Shown here: positions 1-12,505 of the stretch, one piece after another
Layout of the letters: the number at the start of each line of letters is the position of its first letter
Numbering within the stretch: position 1 is the stretch's first letter
DNA from: Holophagales bacterium UBA5704
Lineage (GTDB): Bacteria; Acidobacteriota; Thermoanaerobaculia; Multivoradales; UBA5704
Assembly (NCBI GenBank): GCA_002420005.1
Contig: DIHE01000171.1
Location: forward strand, 17,088 to 81,087
Direction: 5' to 3'
Length of the DNA stretch: 64,000 nt
Program-made: the position numbers and the translations under genes
The notes under the pieces: generated by a model
What the model saw: the letters and a program-made list of their open reading frames with translations, nothing else
What the model was told of the DNA's origin: nothing
The model's database searches: none

Positions 1-1243
1 TACCCATGTCCTGGAGCGCCCCCGCGACATGGAAGGGAACGCGGTTGTCGACGGCGACATGGTAGAGCTGGCCGATCGGCAGCTGGGCCTGCACCCAGCT
101 TTCGCCGCCGGTGGTGGAGATGTCGACGCCGCCGTCGTGCGCCACGATCATCCGCTTGGGATTCTTCGGGTCGATCCACAGGTCGTGGTGGTCGCCGTGG
201 TGGATGTTGCCGACGTGCCGGAAGGTCCGGCCACCGTCGATGCTCTTGAGCATGGGCACCTGCGGCGCCCAGACCTCGTCCGGATCGACCGGCGAGACGG
301 TGAGGGTGGAGTAGTACCACGCCCGCTGGCGCAGCTCGCGGCTGGCGGAGGCGAGCTCCCAGGTGGCGCCGCCGTCGTCGGAGCGGAAGAGCCCGCCCTT
401 TTCGGCCTCGATGATCGCGTAGACGCGCCGCCCGTCCGACGGGGCCACGGCCACGCCCACCTTGCCCCAGAGACCGTCCGGGAGGCCGGCCCCGGTGAGC
501 TGCTTCCAGGTGTCACCGCCGTCGCGCGAGACCCAGAGACCGCTGCCGGGGCCGCCGCTGGTCATCTCCCAGGGCCGGCGGCGGGCCTGCCACAGGCCGG
601 CGAAGACGATCTGCGGATTGGACGGATCGAGGGCGACGTCGGAGGCGCCGGTGTCCACGTCTTTCTGGAGCACCTGCTTCCAATTCTTCCCGCCGTCGGT
701 GGTGCGATAGACGCCGCGCTCGGCATTCGGCCCGAAGGCATGGCCGAGGACCGCGGCGAAGGCGATGTCCGGATTGGCCGGGTGGACGACCATGGTCCCG
801 ATCTGCCCTTCCTGCACCCACACGTGGCTCCAGGTGGTGCCGCCGTCGGTCGATTTGTAGATGCCGTTGCCGGCGGCCACGTTGCCACGGATGTTGGCCT
901 CCCCAGAGCCGGCGTAGACCACGTTGGGGTCCGACGGGGCGACGGCGATCGAGCCGATGGAGGAGATCGGCTGGCTGTCGAAAACCGGGTTCCAGGAGAT
1001 CCCGCCGTCGGTGGTGCGCCAGACGCCGCCCGAGGCGGTCGCCGCGAAGTAGACATTGGGGTTGCCCGGCACGCCCGTGGCCCGTGTCGCCCGTCCTCCC
1101 CAGGCCGGCCCGATGTTGCGGTACTTGAGAGCCGAGAGCCCCGGCGGGTCCTGGAGGCCGGCCGGCGCTGCGGCGGCGAGGGAGGCGACGAGAAGCGAGA
1201 GAACCAGGGCGAGGAGAACAGGACGGCGCGCGGCTCCGGACAT
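1..1243 (-). CDS. BNR/sortilin(VPS10)-type repeat secreted protein, N-terminal part only (C-terminus lies left of the window)
   Basis: Open to the left edge, so absent from the ORF track. Hand translation from ATG (complement of 1241-1243, GAGGTG 6 nt upstream) gives MSGAARRPVLLALVLSLLVASLAAAAPAGLQ..., a signal peptide. Repeated BNR motifs follow (WRTTDGGISW, YKSTDGGTTW, YRTTDGGKNW, SRDGGDTW, FRSDDGGATW, KSIDGGRTF). Paralog of 4318-7626. Confidence 0.8.
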   Translation of the reverse strand, partial: MSGAARRPVLLALVLSLLVASLAAAAPAGLQDPPGLSALKYRNIGPAWGGRATRATGVPGNPNVYFAATASGGVWRTTDGGISWNPVFDSQPISSIGSIAVAPSDPNVVYAGSGEANIRGNVAAGNGIYKSTDGGTTWSHVWVQEGQIGTMVVHPANPDIAFAAVLGHAFGPNAERGVYRTTDGGKNWKQVLQKDVDTGASDVALDPSNPQIVFAGLWQARRRPWEMTSGGPGSGLWVSRDGGDTWKQLTGAGLPDGLWGKVGVAVAPSDGRRVYAIIEAEKGGLFRSDDGGATWELASASRELRQRAWYYSTLTVSPVDPDEVWAPQVPMLKSIDGGRTFRHVGNIHHGDHHDLWIDPKNPKRMIVAHDGGVDISTTGGESWVQAQLPIGQLYHVAVDNRVPFHVAGALQDMG

Positions 1244-1336
1244 GCGTGGCACCTCGAAAGAAGGGTGGACCGGCCCAACGTCGGCTGGCAGGACGGGGAG
1301 GAGCTTAGGACATGGCGCGGGCGGGGGCAAGGGCGA

Positions 1337-1342
1337 TAGTAT
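1337..1342 (+). promoter_or_regulatory. -10-like hexamer TAGTAT, 7 nt before ATG 1350 (leaderless geometry)
   Basis: AT-rich TAnnnT hexamer in GC-rich DNA. No SD lies between it and the start codon. No convincing -35. Confidence 0.45.
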
Positions 1343-1349
1343 CCTCTCC

Positions 1350-2558
1350 ATGTACATCTCGCGCCTCCGCCTGGAGAACATCCGCGGCTTCCGGGAGCTC
1401 GATTTCGACCTTCGCGGCCCGGACGGCACGCCGCGGCGCCGGACGGTGATCATCGGGAAGAACGGTACCTGCAAGACGACCGTGCTCCGGGCTCTTGCGG
1501 TCGGGCTCTGTGACTGGAACGATGCGGTCCCTCTGTTGGAGGAGCCGATCGGTGAATTCCTGGCCGCCGGTTCTTCGATGGGCTCGATGTATCTCGAGCT
1601 GGGTGATTTGCCGCTGAAGTGGGAGCTGACCCGGCGGGATGGCAGACAGGTCGTCGACCTGAGGCAGAAAGTTAGGGTTGGGGCAGGAAGCGGGACCAAT
1701 TCTCCGTGGTTCGTCTGCGGCTACGGTGCGGGGCGCTTCGGCGTTGGAACCGACACGGGGCGTGACTATCGCGTCGCGGAGTCGGTGTACACACTCTTCG
1801 ATTATCGACGCACCCTCCTGGATCCCGAGCTGACGCTGCGGCGCCTGAACGACTCCCTGAGCTCCGAGACGCTCCAGAAAATCCTGCAATGCATCAACAC
1901 GGCGCTCGGCCTGACTCCCGCCGCTGAGATCCGTCTTCCGAAAGGCGGGGGCGTCGAGATCTCCGGGCCGTCGATCGGTGGGGCGGTGCGGCTCGAAGGC
2001 TGGGCCGACGGCTACCGCTTGACCTTGAGCTGGCTGCTGGACCTCTATGGCTGGGCGCTGCGGGCGGCCCGGATCGACGCCGAGGGACACATCACCGGCA
2101 TCCTGCTGATCGACGAGATCGAGCAGCACCTGCACCCCTCCATGCAGGCGGAGATCCTGCCGCGCCTGTCGAAGGCTCTTCCCAAGATGCAGATCTTCGC
2201 GACGACCCACAGCCCCCTGGTCGCCCTGGATGCCCGGCCGGAAGAGCTGGTGGTGCTCCGCCGGGAAGGCGACCATGTGGTGGCGGAGCCGGCGGTTCCC
2301 GACTTCAGCGGCTACTCTGCCGAGGACATGCTGGCCGATGAGCGGCTGTTCGACACCGAGGTCTACGCACCCGAGATGCAGGAGAAGGTGGTCCGGTACC
2401 GCTCTCTCTCGGCGGTTCCGTTCGAAGTGCGCGGGGCGGCCGAGAGCCGGGAGCTGCGCGACCTCGCCCTGGAGATCGGGGCGCGCCCCGCCCCCGCATC
2501 CAGGGAGAGCGATATGGTCCGCGAGCTCAAGCGGCTCGTCGAAAAGCACAATCTGTGA
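1350..2558 (+). CDS. ptuA: SMC/RecF-like ABC-type ATPase, Septu PtuA-like
   Basis: ORF 1056-2558 trimmed to ATG 1350 (MYISRLRLENIRGF...). Walker A IIGKNGTCKTT, Walker B ILLIDEIEQHLHP, H-loop ATTHSP. Confidence 0.7.
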   Translation: MYISRLRLENIRGFRELDFDLRGPDGTPRRRTVIIGKNGTCKTTVLRALAVGLCDWNDAVPLLEEPIGEFLAAGSSMGSMYLELGDLPLKWELTRRDGRQVVDLRQKVRVGAGSGTNSPWFVCGYGAGRFGVGTDTGRDYRVAESVYTLFDYRRTLLDPELTLRRLNDSLSSETLQKILQCINTALGLTPAAEIRLPKGGGVEISGPSIGGAVRLEGWADGYRLTLSWLLDLYGWALRAARIDAEGHITGILLIDEIEQHLHPSMQAEILPRLSKALPKMQIFATTHSPLVALDARPEELVVLRREGDHVVAEPAVPDFSGYSAEDMLADERLFDTEVYAPEMQEKVVRYRSLSAVPFEVRGAAESRELRDLALEIGARPAPASRESDMVRELKRLVEKHNL

Positions 2559-2568
2559 GGTACGCGTT

Positions 2569-3378
2569 GTGATCCACATCGATCGGGACCGAGCGGATGA
2601 GCAGGGGCGGCCGATTCGGCCAGGAGCCTCCTGGTTCGCAAGAGCGGCGCGGGGGAGAGAGCGGGCCGCGGCGGAGGCGGGAGCACACGAGGCCGACCCG
2701 GGAATCTACGCAGACGACTGGGTCAAGGCCGCGCTGGAAGAGCTCTTCCACCGGAAGTGCGCCTACTGTGAGGCCCCAATCGGCGCCGAGGCAGATTGGA
2801 ACGTCGAGCACTTCCGCCCCAAAGGCAGGGTCGCCGAGCGCCACGGGCATCCGGGCTACTACTGGCTTGCCTACGAGTGGCTCAATCTCTACCCGGTGTG
2901 TGAGCACTGCAACCAGCGACGCAAGGACCGCCCGCTCTGGGGGGACCTCCAATTCGCGGAGGCCGGCGGCAAGCAGGACCAGTTTCCCCTCGAGGATGAA
3001 GCGACCCGCGCCATGGCGCCGGGCGACGCCTTGGCGAGGGAGGCGCGGCTCCTGCTCGATCCGTGCGAAGACCGGCCCGAGGAGCACCTCCGTTTCACCG
3101 TGGACGGTCAGATCGTCGCCGTGACCGGAGATCGCAAGGGCGAGGTGTCGATCGAGGTCTTCCACCTGCGGCGTCGCCGCGCGCGGGATGCGCGTCGCAA
3201 TGTGATCTCCGAAGTGGTCGCGCTGCTCAAGCTGATTCGGAAGTCCGAGGCTGACGGGAGGCAGGAGGCCGCCGCCGACCTCCGCCGGTTTCTCGAAGAT
3301 TTTCGGCTCGCCGACTCCTGTCCGTACGCCGCCGCGGCGCGCGCCGTGGTGCGCGATCCGGCCGTCTTCGGCGTGTAA
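2569..3378 (+). CDS. ptuB: HNH endonuclease (TIGR02646-like), Septu PtuB-like
   Basis: ORF 2230-3378 trimmed to GTG 2569 (GAGG 8 nt upstream, 10 nt after the ATPase stop). HNH signature CAYCE...NVEHFRPKG...NLYPVCEHCNQRRK. Confidence 0.7.
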   Translation: MIHIDRDRADEQGRPIRPGASWFARAARGRERAAAEAGAHEADPGIYADDWVKAALEELFHRKCAYCEAPIGAEADWNVEHFRPKGRVAERHGHPGYYWLAYEWLNLYPVCEHCNQRRKDRPLWGDLQFAEAGGKQDQFPLEDEATRAMAPGDALAREARLLLDPCEDRPEEHLRFTVDGQIVAVTGDRKGEVSIEVFHLRRRRARDARRNVISEVVALLKLIRKSEADGRQEAAADLRRFLEDFRLADSCPYAAAARAVVRDPAVFGV

Positions 3379-4197
3379 TCAGGCCCCCTCCGCCCGCGCG
3401 AACGTCTCCAGGGCGAGCTCGAGAATCTCCCGGTTGGCCACCTTGATCGACTCCAGGTGACCGGCTTGGTGGATGATCCGGCAGGTGCCGCGGGCGCGGC
3501 GGGCGAGCTCGCGGGTGTCGGCGGCGCGGACGCCCGGGTCGTCGGCTCCTCCGACGTAGGTGACCGCCTTCAACGAGAACGCCTCGGCGTGGCGCCGCAT
3601 GTCGAGGTAGGCATAGGGCTGGCGCAGAACGTGCCGGAAGAAGAGGTAGAACGGACGCCCGAGCGGTGCCATGCGCCAGGACCATTCGAGCAAGTGCGGC
3701 GCCACGTCCTCGAAGAAGGCGCCGCCGACGCCCTCGGTTCGCGCGAGGACCGGATGCGCCCAATACCCCCCGGCGCTGACACCCCAGACATGCAGCGGCA
3801 GGTCGCCGGCGCGCCGCCGCAGCTCGGCGAGCCCGGCTTCGACGTCGAGGTCGAAAAACCCGTGTCGCCACAGGTGAGGCGGAAGGTCCAACGCCAGGGA
3901 GTGATACCCCGCGGCGCGCAGGGCTTCCAGGCGGCCCCGCCGATAGAAATAGGTCCGACCCCAGGCCAGCCACGGCGGAAGAAGCAGAACCGCGCCGCGG
4001 GCCGGGCCGTCCGTCGGCAGCCAGGTCGCGGTGAGCGGGTCTCGCGCTCCTTGCCGGTGGAGGGTGATCTCCTCGCAAGGCTGCAGCGCATCCGGGGGAG
4101 CGGGAATGACGACCCGGGGAAGCCGCGGCGACAGGGCGAGAAGCAAACGGATGGCTGTGCTTTCTTTTGCGGCCGAAGGACGGATGGGTGGGGTCAC
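3379..4197 (-). CDS. alpha/beta-fold hydrolase
   Basis: 272 aa, GTG start with AGGAGGAG upstream. Nucleophile elbow GVSAGG. C-terminal ...IIHQAGHLE is typical of the catalytic His region. Its stop abuts the ptuB stop. Confidence 0.65.
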   Translation of the reverse strand: MTPPIRPSAAKESTAIRLLLALSPRLPRVVIPAPPDALQPCEEITLHRQGARDPLTATWLPTDGPARGAVLLLPPWLAWGRTYFYRRGRLEALRAAGYHSLALDLPPHLWRHGFFDLDVEAGLAELRRRAGDLPLHVWGVSAGGYWAHPVLARTEGVGGAFFEDVAPHLLEWSWRMAPLGRPFYLFFRHVLRQPYAYLDMRRHAEAFSLKAVTYVGGADDPGVRAADTRELARRARGTCRIIHQAGHLESIKVANREILELALETFARAEGA

Positions 4198-4260
4198 GCG
4201 GGTCTCTCCTCCTGCGGAGACTGGCGCCGCGACGACGGGCCTCGTTACACGCCGGTCACG

Positions 4261-4293
4261 AAAAAGCCCCCGGCACCTGAAGGCACCGGGGGC
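4261..4293 (-). terminator. rho-independent terminator after the BNR gene
   Basis: On the minus strand GCCCCCGG...CCGGGGGC (8 bp + 2 bp stem, tetraloop) is followed by TTTTT (complement of 4261-4265). Confidence 0.7.
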
Positions 4294-4317
4294 TGAACGG
4301 ACGGGGTGGGGTGGGGC

Positions 4318-7626
<3,309 letters not shown>

Positions 7627-7673
7627 GAGTTGTTCCTCCAGAGATGATGCAGGTCGTATCGAGCCAGCCGATT

Positions 7674-9107
7674 CTACGCCACCGGAGCGCGGCGCCGCCG
7701 GAACCAGGCATAGGCCGGCAGGCCGAGGACGAGCAGGGCGAGCCCGAGGAGGGATTCCCGCGGGCTCGCCCAGAGCGTGTTTCCGATGAGCAGAAGGCAG
7801 GCGAGGATGAACAGGGCCGGGATCACCGGGTAGCCCCAGGTGCGGTAGGGGCGCGGCAGGCCGGGGCGGGTCCGCCGGAAGACGAACACCGCCGCTGCGG
7901 TCGCGGCATGGAAGACCACGGAGGCGAAGACCACGTAGGTGTAGAGCTGTGCGTAGGTGCCGGAGAGGGCGAGGAGGACCGCCCAGCCGCTCTGCGCCCA
8001 GAGGGAGCGCACCGGGATGCGGAAGCGCGGATGGACGCGGGCGAGGGAGCGGAAGAACAGGCCGTCGGCCGCCATCGGCAGGTACAGCCGCGAGCTGTAG
8101 AGGATGGTCGAGGACAGGCAGCCGAAGGCGGAGACGAGGACGGCGAGCGAGAGCAGCCGCGCGCCGCCGTCACCGAACAGGCGCAGGGCGGCGGCCTCGG
8201 CGATGCGCGGCTCGCCCCCCATGGCGGCGGCCGGCAGAGCCCGCAGGTACGCCAGGTTGAGCAGCACATAGAGGAGGATCACCGCCAAGGTGCCCAGGAT
8301 CAGGCCGCGCGGCAGATTGCGGGCCGGATCGCGCACCTCGCCCGCCGAGCAGGTGAGGCCGTACCAGCCGTCATAGGTCCAAAGGACGGAGATCATGGCG
8401 AAACCGAAGGCGGCGAGAAACGCGCCGCTCAGCAGGTCCGGCGCCGCCGCCGCCGCCACCACCTCGGGAGCCCGGGCCGGGGCTTGCACCAGCAGCCCGA
8501 GGACGCCGAAGACGAGGATCGAGCCCACCTTGAGCACCGTGAGGACGTTCTGCACCCAGGCCCCTTCTTCGAGCCCCAGGTGGTTGACCGCGGTCAGCAC
8601 CAGGATCGCCGCCACCGCCGCGAGCTGGACGCCGGTGACCTGGAGAGCCGGAAGGCCGGGGACCTGGAGCCCCCAGGCCGTCTGCGCCAGCGCCGGGACG
8701 AAGCTCGCCAGGTACTGCCCGAAGCCGACGGCGATCGTGGCGATGCCGCCGGACATGATGACCAGGAAGGCGATCCAGCCGTAGAGGAACCCGCAGAGCG
8801 GGCCGTACGCTTCCTTGAGATAATGGTAGAGTCCGCCGGCATGGGGGAACATCACCCCCAGCTCCGCATAGGTCAACGCTCCGGCGAGGGTGAGCAGGCC
8901 GCCCGCGATCCACACGCAAAGGAGCAGCCCGCCATGCGGCAGGACCTTCGCCATGTCGCTGGTGGTGAGGAAGATACCGGTGCCCACCACCGACCCGACG
9001 GTGAGCAGGGCGGCGTCCCAGGCGCCGAGACCGCGGACGAGCCGGTCGTCGGGCGCAGCGGACGGGACGGGCGGTTCGGCGGCGGCCATGGGCCGGTATC
9101 TTGCCAC
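7674..9107 (-). CDS. APC-family amino acid permease
   Basis: 477 aa and about 12 predicted TM segments. N-terminal GxG motif region LLTVGSVVGTGIFLT is typical of APC transporters. Start is GTG 9107 or ATG 9089. Confidence 0.8.
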   Translation of the reverse strand: MARYRPMAAAEPPVPSAAPDDRLVRGLGAWDAALLTVGSVVGTGIFLTTSDMAKVLPHGGLLLCVWIAGGLLTLAGALTYAELGVMFPHAGGLYHYLKEAYGPLCGFLYGWIAFLVIMSGGIATIAVGFGQYLASFVPALAQTAWGLQVPGLPALQVTGVQLAAVAAILVLTAVNHLGLEEGAWVQNVLTVLKVGSILVFGVLGLLVQAPARAPEVVAAAAAPDLLSGAFLAAFGFAMISVLWTYDGWYGLTCSAGEVRDPARNLPRGLILGTLAVILLYVLLNLAYLRALPAAAMGGEPRIAEAAALRLFGDGGARLLSLAVLVSAFGCLSSTILYSSRLYLPMAADGLFFRSLARVHPRFRIPVRSLWAQSGWAVLLALSGTYAQLYTYVVFASVVFHAATAAAVFVFRRTRPGLPRPYRTWGYPVIPALFILACLLLIGNTLWASPRESLLGLALLVLGLPAYAWFRRRRAPVA

Positions 9108-9259
9108 GGATCGGCCCGGATCTCCCGCCGGGCCGGCTCATAGCACTGCATCAATCTTTCGTCCGCCTGTCCCGCTTTGTGCCCCGACAGGCACTCTTCA
9201 GACGATTGGGGATTATTCTGTGTCCGCGATCCTCCCCGGATCGCTTCTATTTGGAGGGA

Positions 9260-10954
9260 ATGACGATGTCTGACAACCGTCAAGCTGGAGACATGTACGA
9301 CGTTGCGATCCTGGGCTCCGGCCTGGGAGGCGCTGCGCTCGCCGCCATCCTGGCCCGCCAGGGGCAGCGCGTGATCATGCTGGAGAAGGGCGCGCACCCG
9401 CGCTTCGCGATCGGCGAGGCGATGCTGCCGCAGAGCTCCATGCTGCTGTGGATCCTGGGCGAGCGCTTCGGCGTTCCTGAAATTCAACACCTCAGCAAGT
9501 CGGAGTCGATCCGTGAGCACGTGTCCGCCGCTTGCGGCGTGAAGCGCACGATCGGCTTCATGTACCACGAGGAAGGGAAGCGGCAGGACCTGGCGAAGTC
9601 GCACCTGCTGGTGCCGCCGGTGACCCCGCTGGTCTCCGAGAGCCACCTGTTCCGTGCCGAGGTCGATCAATACATGGTGGACGCGGCCGTCCGCTATGGC
9701 ACCACCTATCGGGACCGGATCGACGTGACCGGTCTGGAGATCGGGGAGGACGAGGTCGTCCTGCGCTCGGCCGAAGGGGAGGAGTTCCACGCCCGCTTCC
9801 TGGTCGATGGGACCGGCTACAAGTCGCTCCTGGCGCATACCCTCAACCTGCGCGAGGAGCCGACCCGGCTGCGCACGCAGTCGCGCTCGATCTTCACCCA
9901 CATGACCGGCGTCCGCCCCTACGACGCCACCCTGCGCGACGACGAGCACCTGCACCTGCGTTCGCAGTGGCACGAGGGCACTCTGCACCACATCTTCGAC
10001 GGCGGCTGGTTCTGGGTGATCCCCTTCAACAACCAGGAGGGCGCGGAGAATCCGCTCTGCAGCGTCGGCCTGACCCTCGACATGACGAAGTATCCGGATC
10101 GCGGCCTCCCCGCGGAGGAGGAGTTCCGCGAGATCGTCGGCCGGCATCCGAGCATCGCCGCCCACTTCGAGGGCGCCACCGCGGTGCGCCCCTGGGTGGC
10201 GACCGGCCGCCTGCAGTACTCGGCGACCCAGGTCGCCGGGGACCGCTGGTTCCTGCTGGCGCACGCCGCCGGCTTCGTCGACGCGCTCTACTCGCGCGGT
10301 CTGGTGAGCACCTTCGAGACCATCCACGGCCTCGTCGGTCCGCTCCTCAAGATGCTCGCGGACGACGACTTCCGTGCCGAGCGGCTGGCCTATCCGGCGC
10401 GCCTGCAGGAGGCGATCCTCGAAGCCAACGACAACATGGTGCGTTGCTCCTACCAGGCGTTCGGCCATTACCCGCTGTGGAACGCCTGGGTGCGCCTGTG
10501 GCTCGTCTCGACCCTGTTCGGCGACCTGCGGCTCTTCCGGGCCTGCCTCAAGTACCTGGAGACCAAGGACGCCGGCTATTTCGAGCAGCTGGAAAAGGAT
10601 CCCCTGCCGCGGCAATTCCCTCCGGGGGTCAATCCACCCGAAGAGATGGTGGCGGCCGGCGAGGCGTTCCTCGCCGCGGTGGACGCCGGCGAGCTGACCG
10701 CCGACGAAGCGGCGCAGCGCATCTTCGGCATGCTGGCCGCCGCGCCGCTGCCGCCGGTCCACGTCTGGGGTGACCCGACGCAGACCCACGTCGACTTCAC
10801 CCAGGAGCGTCTGGTGCGCTTCATCGGCTGGGGCAAGACCGAGGCACCGCCGATCCTGCGCGATCGCATGTTCGACTTCGACGTCTCCGTCCTCGGCGGC
10901 CCGCCGCCGGGAGCCCCCGCGCCCCAGGAAGAGCTGGCCGGCGCCCTGGCCTGA
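9260..10954 (+). CDS. FAD-dependent halogenase-like oxidoreductase
   Basis: ORF 9101-10954 trimmed to ATG 9260 (or ATG 9266, 7 nt after GGAGGG). GxGxxG DVAILGSGLGGA, FAIGEAMLP, and the halogenase WxWxIP motif GGWFWVIPF. Confidence 0.7.
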   Translation: MTMSDNRQAGDMYDVAILGSGLGGAALAAILARQGQRVIMLEKGAHPRFAIGEAMLPQSSMLLWILGERFGVPEIQHLSKSESIREHVSAACGVKRTIGFMYHEEGKRQDLAKSHLLVPPVTPLVSESHLFRAEVDQYMVDAAVRYGTTYRDRIDVTGLEIGEDEVVLRSAEGEEFHARFLVDGTGYKSLLAHTLNLREEPTRLRTQSRSIFTHMTGVRPYDATLRDDEHLHLRSQWHEGTLHHIFDGGWFWVIPFNNQEGAENPLCSVGLTLDMTKYPDRGLPAEEEFREIVGRHPSIAAHFEGATAVRPWVATGRLQYSATQVAGDRWFLLAHAAGFVDALYSRGLVSTFETIHGLVGPLLKMLADDDFRAERLAYPARLQEAILEANDNMVRCSYQAFGHYPLWNAWVRLWLVSTLFGDLRLFRACLKYLETKDAGYFEQLEKDPLPRQFPPGVNPPEEMVAAGEAFLAAVDAGELTADEAAQRIFGMLAAAPLPPVHVWGDPTQTHVDFTQERLVRFIGWGKTEAPPILRDRMFDFDVSVLGGPPPGAPAPQEELAGALA

Positions 10955-11010
10955 GGACGCCTTCGCGTCCCGACGGCTGCTCCCGGGGAGACGTCCCCCT
11001 GGTCCTTCCT

Positions 11011-11042
11011 GCCCCCTCCTGCGTCAGGGAGGGGGCCTTTTT
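11011..11042 (+). terminator. rho-independent terminator after the halogenase gene
   Basis: GCCCCCTCC-8 nt loop-GGAGGGGGC (9-bp perfect stem) followed by CTTTTT. Confidence 0.75.
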
Positions 11043-11099
11043 GGGTTGTTCCGGAGCACCTCCTGTACCCTCCGGAAGGAACTCGATGCAGAAACCCTC

Positions 11100-11129
11100 T
11101 TGCGTTACCGCCGAGTTCACGCCTATACT
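11100..11129 (+). promoter_or_regulatory. lexA promoter (TTGCGT-18 nt-TATACT) with a candidate LexA box GTTA-N7-GTTC in the spacer
   Basis: -10 TATACT (11124-11129) lies 7 nt before ATG 11137. The direct repeat GTTAccgccgaGTTC (11104-11118) resembles the alphaproteobacterial-type GTTC-N7-GTTC SOS box. Confidence 0.5.
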
Positions 11130-11136
11130 CCCCTGC

Positions 11137-11745
11137 ATGACCTACCTGACCGAACGCCAGAAAGAAATCCTCGATTTCATCCAGGAGTACCGGAAGGAGC
11201 GGGGCATCTCTCCTACGCATCGCGAGATTTGTGAGAAGTTCGGGTTCTCCTCCTATGGAACCGCCTACAAGCACCTGAAGCTGCTGCAAGAGAAGGGCTT
11301 CCTGCGCCGCGACTGGAACCAGAAGCGGGGCATCGAGCTGCTGCGGGCCATCCCCGGGGAAGGGGCGCACGAGCTGCCGTTCTTCGGCCGCATCGCGGCC
11401 GGCCGTCCCATTGAGGCGATCTCCAACGACGAGCGGGTCATCGTCCCCGGCCACCTGATGGGCACTGCGCAGGGCGACCACTACGTCCTGCGGGTGGTGG
11501 GGGAGTCGATGATCGACGAGGGGATCCTGGACGGCGACTTCATCGTCGTCCTGCGGCGGGACCTCGCCGAGCCGGGCGACATGGTGGTCGCCCTGGTCGG
11601 CGACGACGCGACGCTCAAACGCTTTTACCCGGAAGGCAAGATGGTGCGCCTGCAGCCGTCGAACCCCACGATGGAGCCGATCCGTGTGCCCGCCAACACG
11701 GTCAAAGTCCAGGGCGTGGTCGTCGGCCTGATGCGGAAGTTCTGA
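11137..11745 (+). CDS. lexA: LexA repressor
   Basis: [15 protein letters not shown]... winged-helix N-terminus. Cleavage region [11 protein letters not shown] (Ala-Gly). S24 peptidase motifs VVGESM and TLKRF. Confidence 0.95.
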   Translation: MTYLTERQKEILDFIQEYRKERGISPTHREICEKFGFSSYGTAYKHLKLLQEKGFLRRDWNQKRGIELLRAIPGEGAHELPFFGRIAAGRPIEAISNDERVIVPGHLMGTAQGDHYVLRVVGESMIDEGILDGDFIVVLRRDLAEPGDMVVALVGDDATLKRFYPEGKMVRLQPSNPTMEPIRVPANTVKVQGVVVGLMRKF

Positions 11746-11750
11746 CGCCC

Positions 11751-12323
11751 ATGGCGGCACGATCCGCACGACCGGCGGCGCCGGCGGACCCGGGTGCCGC
11801 CTTGCGGTTCGACCTGTTCCAGGACGCCCTGGGCTGGGCGGTCGCCGTCGGACGTGCCGGAGCTCTCATCGGCCTGGGGCATTACCCTCTGCGCGAGCAG
11901 GCCGCCGCCTCCCTGGATCGCCACTGGCCGGCCGCCACGCCGGACCCCGAGGCACCGCCCTTGCCGGCGGTACGCCGGCAGCTCGACGAGTACCTCGCGG
12001 GCCGGCGCCGCACCTTCGACATCCCCCTCGATTTCGGCGGTACGGAGTTCCAGCGGCTCTGCTGGGAGGCTCTCCTGCGCATTCCTTATGGCGAGACCCG
12101 CTCCTACGGGCAACTCGCCCGCGAGATCGGCCGGCCCGCCGCGGTGCGCGCGGTCGGCCACGCCAATCACGACAACCCGATCGGCGTGATCGTCCCTTGC
12201 CACCGGGTGATCGGTGCAAACGGCTCGTTGACCGGCTATGCCGGAGGGCTCGACATGAAGCGCGCCCTCCTCGAGCTGGAAGGCGTCGTGCCGCGGTCGT
12301 TGATGTTCACACCAGAAGAGTAG
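11751..12323 (+). CDS. ogt: methylated-DNA-protein-cysteine methyltransferase
   Basis: Active site IPCHRV ([13 protein letters not shown]) and the YGQLA helix-turn-helix region. Starts 5 nt after the lexA stop. Confidence 0.9.
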   Translation: MAARSARPAAPADPGAALRFDLFQDALGWAVAVGRAGALIGLGHYPLREQAAASLDRHWPAATPDPEAPPLPAVRRQLDEYLAGRRRTFDIPLDFGGTEFQRLCWEALLRIPYGETRSYGQLAREIGRPAAVRAVGHANHDNPIGVIVPCHRVIGANGSLTGYAGGLDMKRALLELEGVVPRSLMFTPEE

Positions 12324-12493
12324 CGGGGTGTGCATGCCGTCCGCGTGGCGCGATACGGCAACGAGCCGGTTGCCGCCACTAGAGGTGCCGAGGTGCCGGG
12401 CACCGGCGGAGCCTTGGGGGTGGCCGGAGCTGCCAGGTGTTTCCCAGCCGTGGAGGGGTCTTCTTTCTCAACCCCAGACCTCCGGGCCGGCAC

Positions 12494-12499
12494 TATACT
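12494..12499 (+). promoter_or_regulatory. -10-like hexamer TATACT, 6 nt before ATG 12506
   Basis: Same hexamer as the lexA -10. No SD. Confidence 0.4.
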
Positions 12500-12505
12500 G
12501 GTGCC

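Noticed and set aside
1247-1252. TGGCAC hexamer in the intergenic region upstream of the ptuA-like gene
   Set aside because: No GC dinucleotide lies at the required +10 spacing (the sequence continues ctcgaaagaa), so it is not a -24/-12 promoter.
8873-10789. Long antisense ORFs: 8873-10789(-), 13725-15683(-), 19373-21115(-), 26225-28015(-), 41822-44809(+), 46067-48658(-), 50061-52514(+), 53371-55716(+)
   Set aside because: Each lies opposite a gene with clear family motifs. All encode Arg/Gly/Pro/Ala-rich low-complexity sequence without a recognisable domain, signal peptide or SD. I treat them as GC-driven shadow ORFs.
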